In this document: positions 14,947 through 16,638 of the stretch, in pieces
Layout: each line of letters starts with the position of its first letter
How positions within the stretch are numbered: position 1 is the stretch's first letter
Source: a virus
IMG/VR virus record: IMGVR_UViG_3300045424_000027
Coordinates: 1-16,638 of that record
DNA length: 16,638 bases
Strand: one strand, 5' to 3'
Position numbers and translations under genes: made by a program
Notes under the pieces: generated by a model
The model's input: the letters and a program-made list of their open reading frames with translations, nothing else
Told to the model about the DNA's origin: nothing
Database searches by the model: none

Positions 14947-16119
14947 ATGGCACTTAGAGATAGACTAATCAGCAGACTTGGTTATCAAGTAGAACCAATG
15001 TTTGTTCCTGATACAGAGAATCGTGGAGTAGCAAACACTGCACCAGCAAGAGTAGAGATTGGTGTAACACCAACTACTGCACTTAGTCTTGTTGCTGTGT
15101 CTCGTGCTACTTCAGTATTAGAAACTGCAATCATGCAGATACCTGTAAATGTTTACAGAGGAAACACATCATTGCCAACACCACTTTGGTTAGAAACACC
15201 AGACATTGAGAATCAAATTTCTCAAGCAGAATGGTTGGGCACAACATTAATTCATATGGCAACTTATGGAAATGCTTACTGGCATATTCAACGAGGAGTG
15301 CGAGGTATTGCAAACCTTACAAGTCTACATCCAGCAGATGTAAGTGTATCAGTAGATGAGAAAGGTAAGATTCATTATCTTTACAAAGGAAAGACTTACA
15401 CATCAGCAAATGTTAAGCACATAAAACTTTGGAGCAATCCAAGTTCAACTTCACTACTTGGTGAAGGTCCATTACAGCGACATAAATCAGTATTGCGTTC
15501 AGCATTAGACTTACACAACTATGCAGACAATTGGTTTAGAACAGCAGCAGTACCAACAGGTACATTAACAACATCAGAATTTCTTTCAGCAGATGTAGCA
15601 AGACAAAATAAAGAAGCATTTGTTGCATCTCAACAAGAAAGAAGTATTGCAGTACTTTCATCAGGACTTAAGTATGACTCAATTACACTTAGCCCTGAGC
15701 AAGCACAATTCCTTGAAAACCAAAAGTTCATCACACGACAAATTTGTATGATGTTTGGTGTTCCAACAATGTATCTTGGTATGGGCATTGAAGGTCAGGG
15801 AATGACTTATGTTAACGGCAATGAAGATAGAAGCAAACTATTTGAAGACGGATTACAGCAATATATTGTGCGTATCCAACAGGCTATTACAGACCTTCTT
15901 CCAAGAGGTCAGTATGCTGAGTTTAATCTAACAGAGTTCCTTCGTCCTAATGTTAAGACACGATATGAGTCATATGCAATTGGTTTATCAAATAGATTCT
16001 TAACAGTTCCTGAAGTCCGTGAGATGGAAGGGATGTCTGAGATTATTGAAGTACAACCAGACACACCACAAGACCAAGGCACAGTTGATGTCCAAGACGA
16101 CAATCAACCTATAGCCTAA
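14947..16119 (+). CDS. Portal protein, HK97 family type (390 aa)
   Basis: GAGGAG lies 6 nt upstream. The gene sits between terminase and protease. Its motifs (TYGNAYWHI ... LHP.DVSV ... IHYLYKGK) and acidic C-terminus are typical of this portal family. Confidence 0.8.
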   Translation: MALRDRLISRLGYQVEPMFVPDTENRGVANTAPARVEIGVTPTTALSLVAVSRATSVLETAIMQIPVNVYRGNTSLPTPLWLETPDIENQISQAEWLGTTLIHMATYGNAYWHIQRGVRGIANLTSLHPADVSVSVDEKGKIHYLYKGKTYTSANVKHIKLWSNPSSTSLLGEGPLQRHKSVLRSALDLHNYADNWFRTAAVPTGTLTTSEFLSADVARQNKEAFVASQQERSIAVLSSGLKYDSITLSPEQAQFLENQKFITRQICMMFGVPTMYLGMGIEGQGMTYVNGNEDRSKLFEDGLQQYIVRIQQAITDLLPRGQYAEFNLTEFLRPNVKTRYESYAIGLSNRFLTVPEVREMEGMSEIIEVQPDTPQDQGTVDVQDDNQPIA

Positions 16120-16134
16120 AATGGAGTAATGAAT

Positions 16135-16638
16135 ATGAATGAAATGATTACCCGCAGTTTTGAAATAAGAGCAACAGATGCAGAACAACGCACAGTTGAA
16201 GGCCTCGCTGTTCCTTATAACGACACAATTGATATTGGTGGAGGTTGGTCAGAGCGTTTTGAAAAAGGCGCAATTGACTTAACTGCCAATGTTAAACTAT
16301 TCCGTGACCACGAAGATATTATTGGCGTAGTTACAGAAATGACAGAATCTGATGAAGGTCTTATGATTAAGGCAAAGATTTCAGAAACAGTTTTAGGAAA
16401 TGAAACACTTAACTTAGTTAAAGATGGAGCAATCCGTTCTTTCTCAGTTGGATTCATTCCAGTAACAGATGAAAAGAAAGACAAAACAATAATTCGTAAG
16501 AAGGTAAATCTAAAGGAAGTATCCTTAGTAGCATTTCCCGCATACGACAAGGCTGAAGTACTTTCAGTCAGAGAAGAAACCAATCAGGAGGAAATATCCA
16601 TGGAAAACACAACACCTGATTACACTTCAGCAATTGAG
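16135..16638 (+). CDS. Prohead (capsid maturation) protease, HK97/S78 type; ORF has no stop and continues in frame into the capsid gene
   Basis: It is absent from the ORF track because it runs off the window end. GGAG (16123..16126) lies 8 nt before ATG 16135; an in-frame ATG also exists at 16129. The motifs are VEGLAVPYN, LFRDHED (His59) and AIRSFSVGF (Ser104), with LVAFPAYDKA near the end. The frame stays open through 16600 (=85) to the stop at 1111..1113. Confidence 0.8.
   Translation, partial: MNEMITRSFEIRATDAEQRTVEGLAVPYNDTIDIGGGWSERFEKGAIDLTANVKLFRDHEDIIGVVTEMTESDEGLMIKAKISETVLGNETLNLVKDGAIRSFSVGFIPVTDEKKDKTIIRKKVNLKEVSLVAFPAYDKAEVLSVREETNQEEISMENTTPDYTSAIE
16516..16638. repeat. Terminal direct repeat, copy 2
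   Basis: Identical to 1..123. Confidence 0.95.

Noticed and set aside
16215-16583. 122-aa minus-strand ORF
   Set aside because: It is antisense to the + strand protease ORF, which has clear HK97-type protease motifs and an SD but is missing from the track only because it runs off the window end. The minus-strand translation is low-complexity (Ser/Ile/Thr-rich) and has no start context.

Overview
The window is a closed circle. Its first 123 bp (1..123) are identical to its last 123 bp (16516..16638), so the unique sequence is 16,515 bp. It reads as a complete, very small, AT-rich genome of a long-tailed dsDNA phage with an HK97-type head module. No homology search was possible, so all family calls rest on motifs read from the translations, on gene order and on start/stop context. 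Nearly everything is on the + strand, tightly packed, with strong AGGAGG-type ribosome-binding sites and many ATGA/TAATG start-stop overlaps. Starting from the probable packaging site, the order is: small terminase (13178..13495), large terminase (13482..14936) and HK97-type portal (14947..16119). Next is a prohead protease (from 16135) that runs across the circular junction with no stop codon, in frame into the major capsid protein (85..1113). Then come the head-tail adaptor, three small neck/tail genes, a tail assembly chaperone pair with a canonical -1 slippery heptamer, the tape measure (2986..4563) and a 1193-aa Dit-like/PKD-repeat tail protein (4563..8144). A convergent hairpin follows, then a two-gene minus-strand cassette whose first product is a small membrane protein. 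After that come a small ORF plus a 718-aa collagen-like fibre (8944..11100), a structured 368-bp intergenic region with a near-consensus promoter, and a four-gene coupled operon (HNH_3-like nuclease, AT-hook protein, Cys/His-containing protein, classical HNH nuclease; 11469..12729). The circle closes with a 448-bp non-coding region carrying GC-rich and AT-rich palindromes and a 12-bp-phased GGTTTGATAT array, a probable cos/terminase-recognition region. I could not recognise any endolysin, DNA replication, integrase or repressor gene, nor any tRNA or CRISPR. The points most worth follow-up are the minimal genome, the protease-capsid fusion with an internal SD and ATG, the repeat-rich HNH/terminase junction, the missing lysin, and the inverted membrane-protein cassette.
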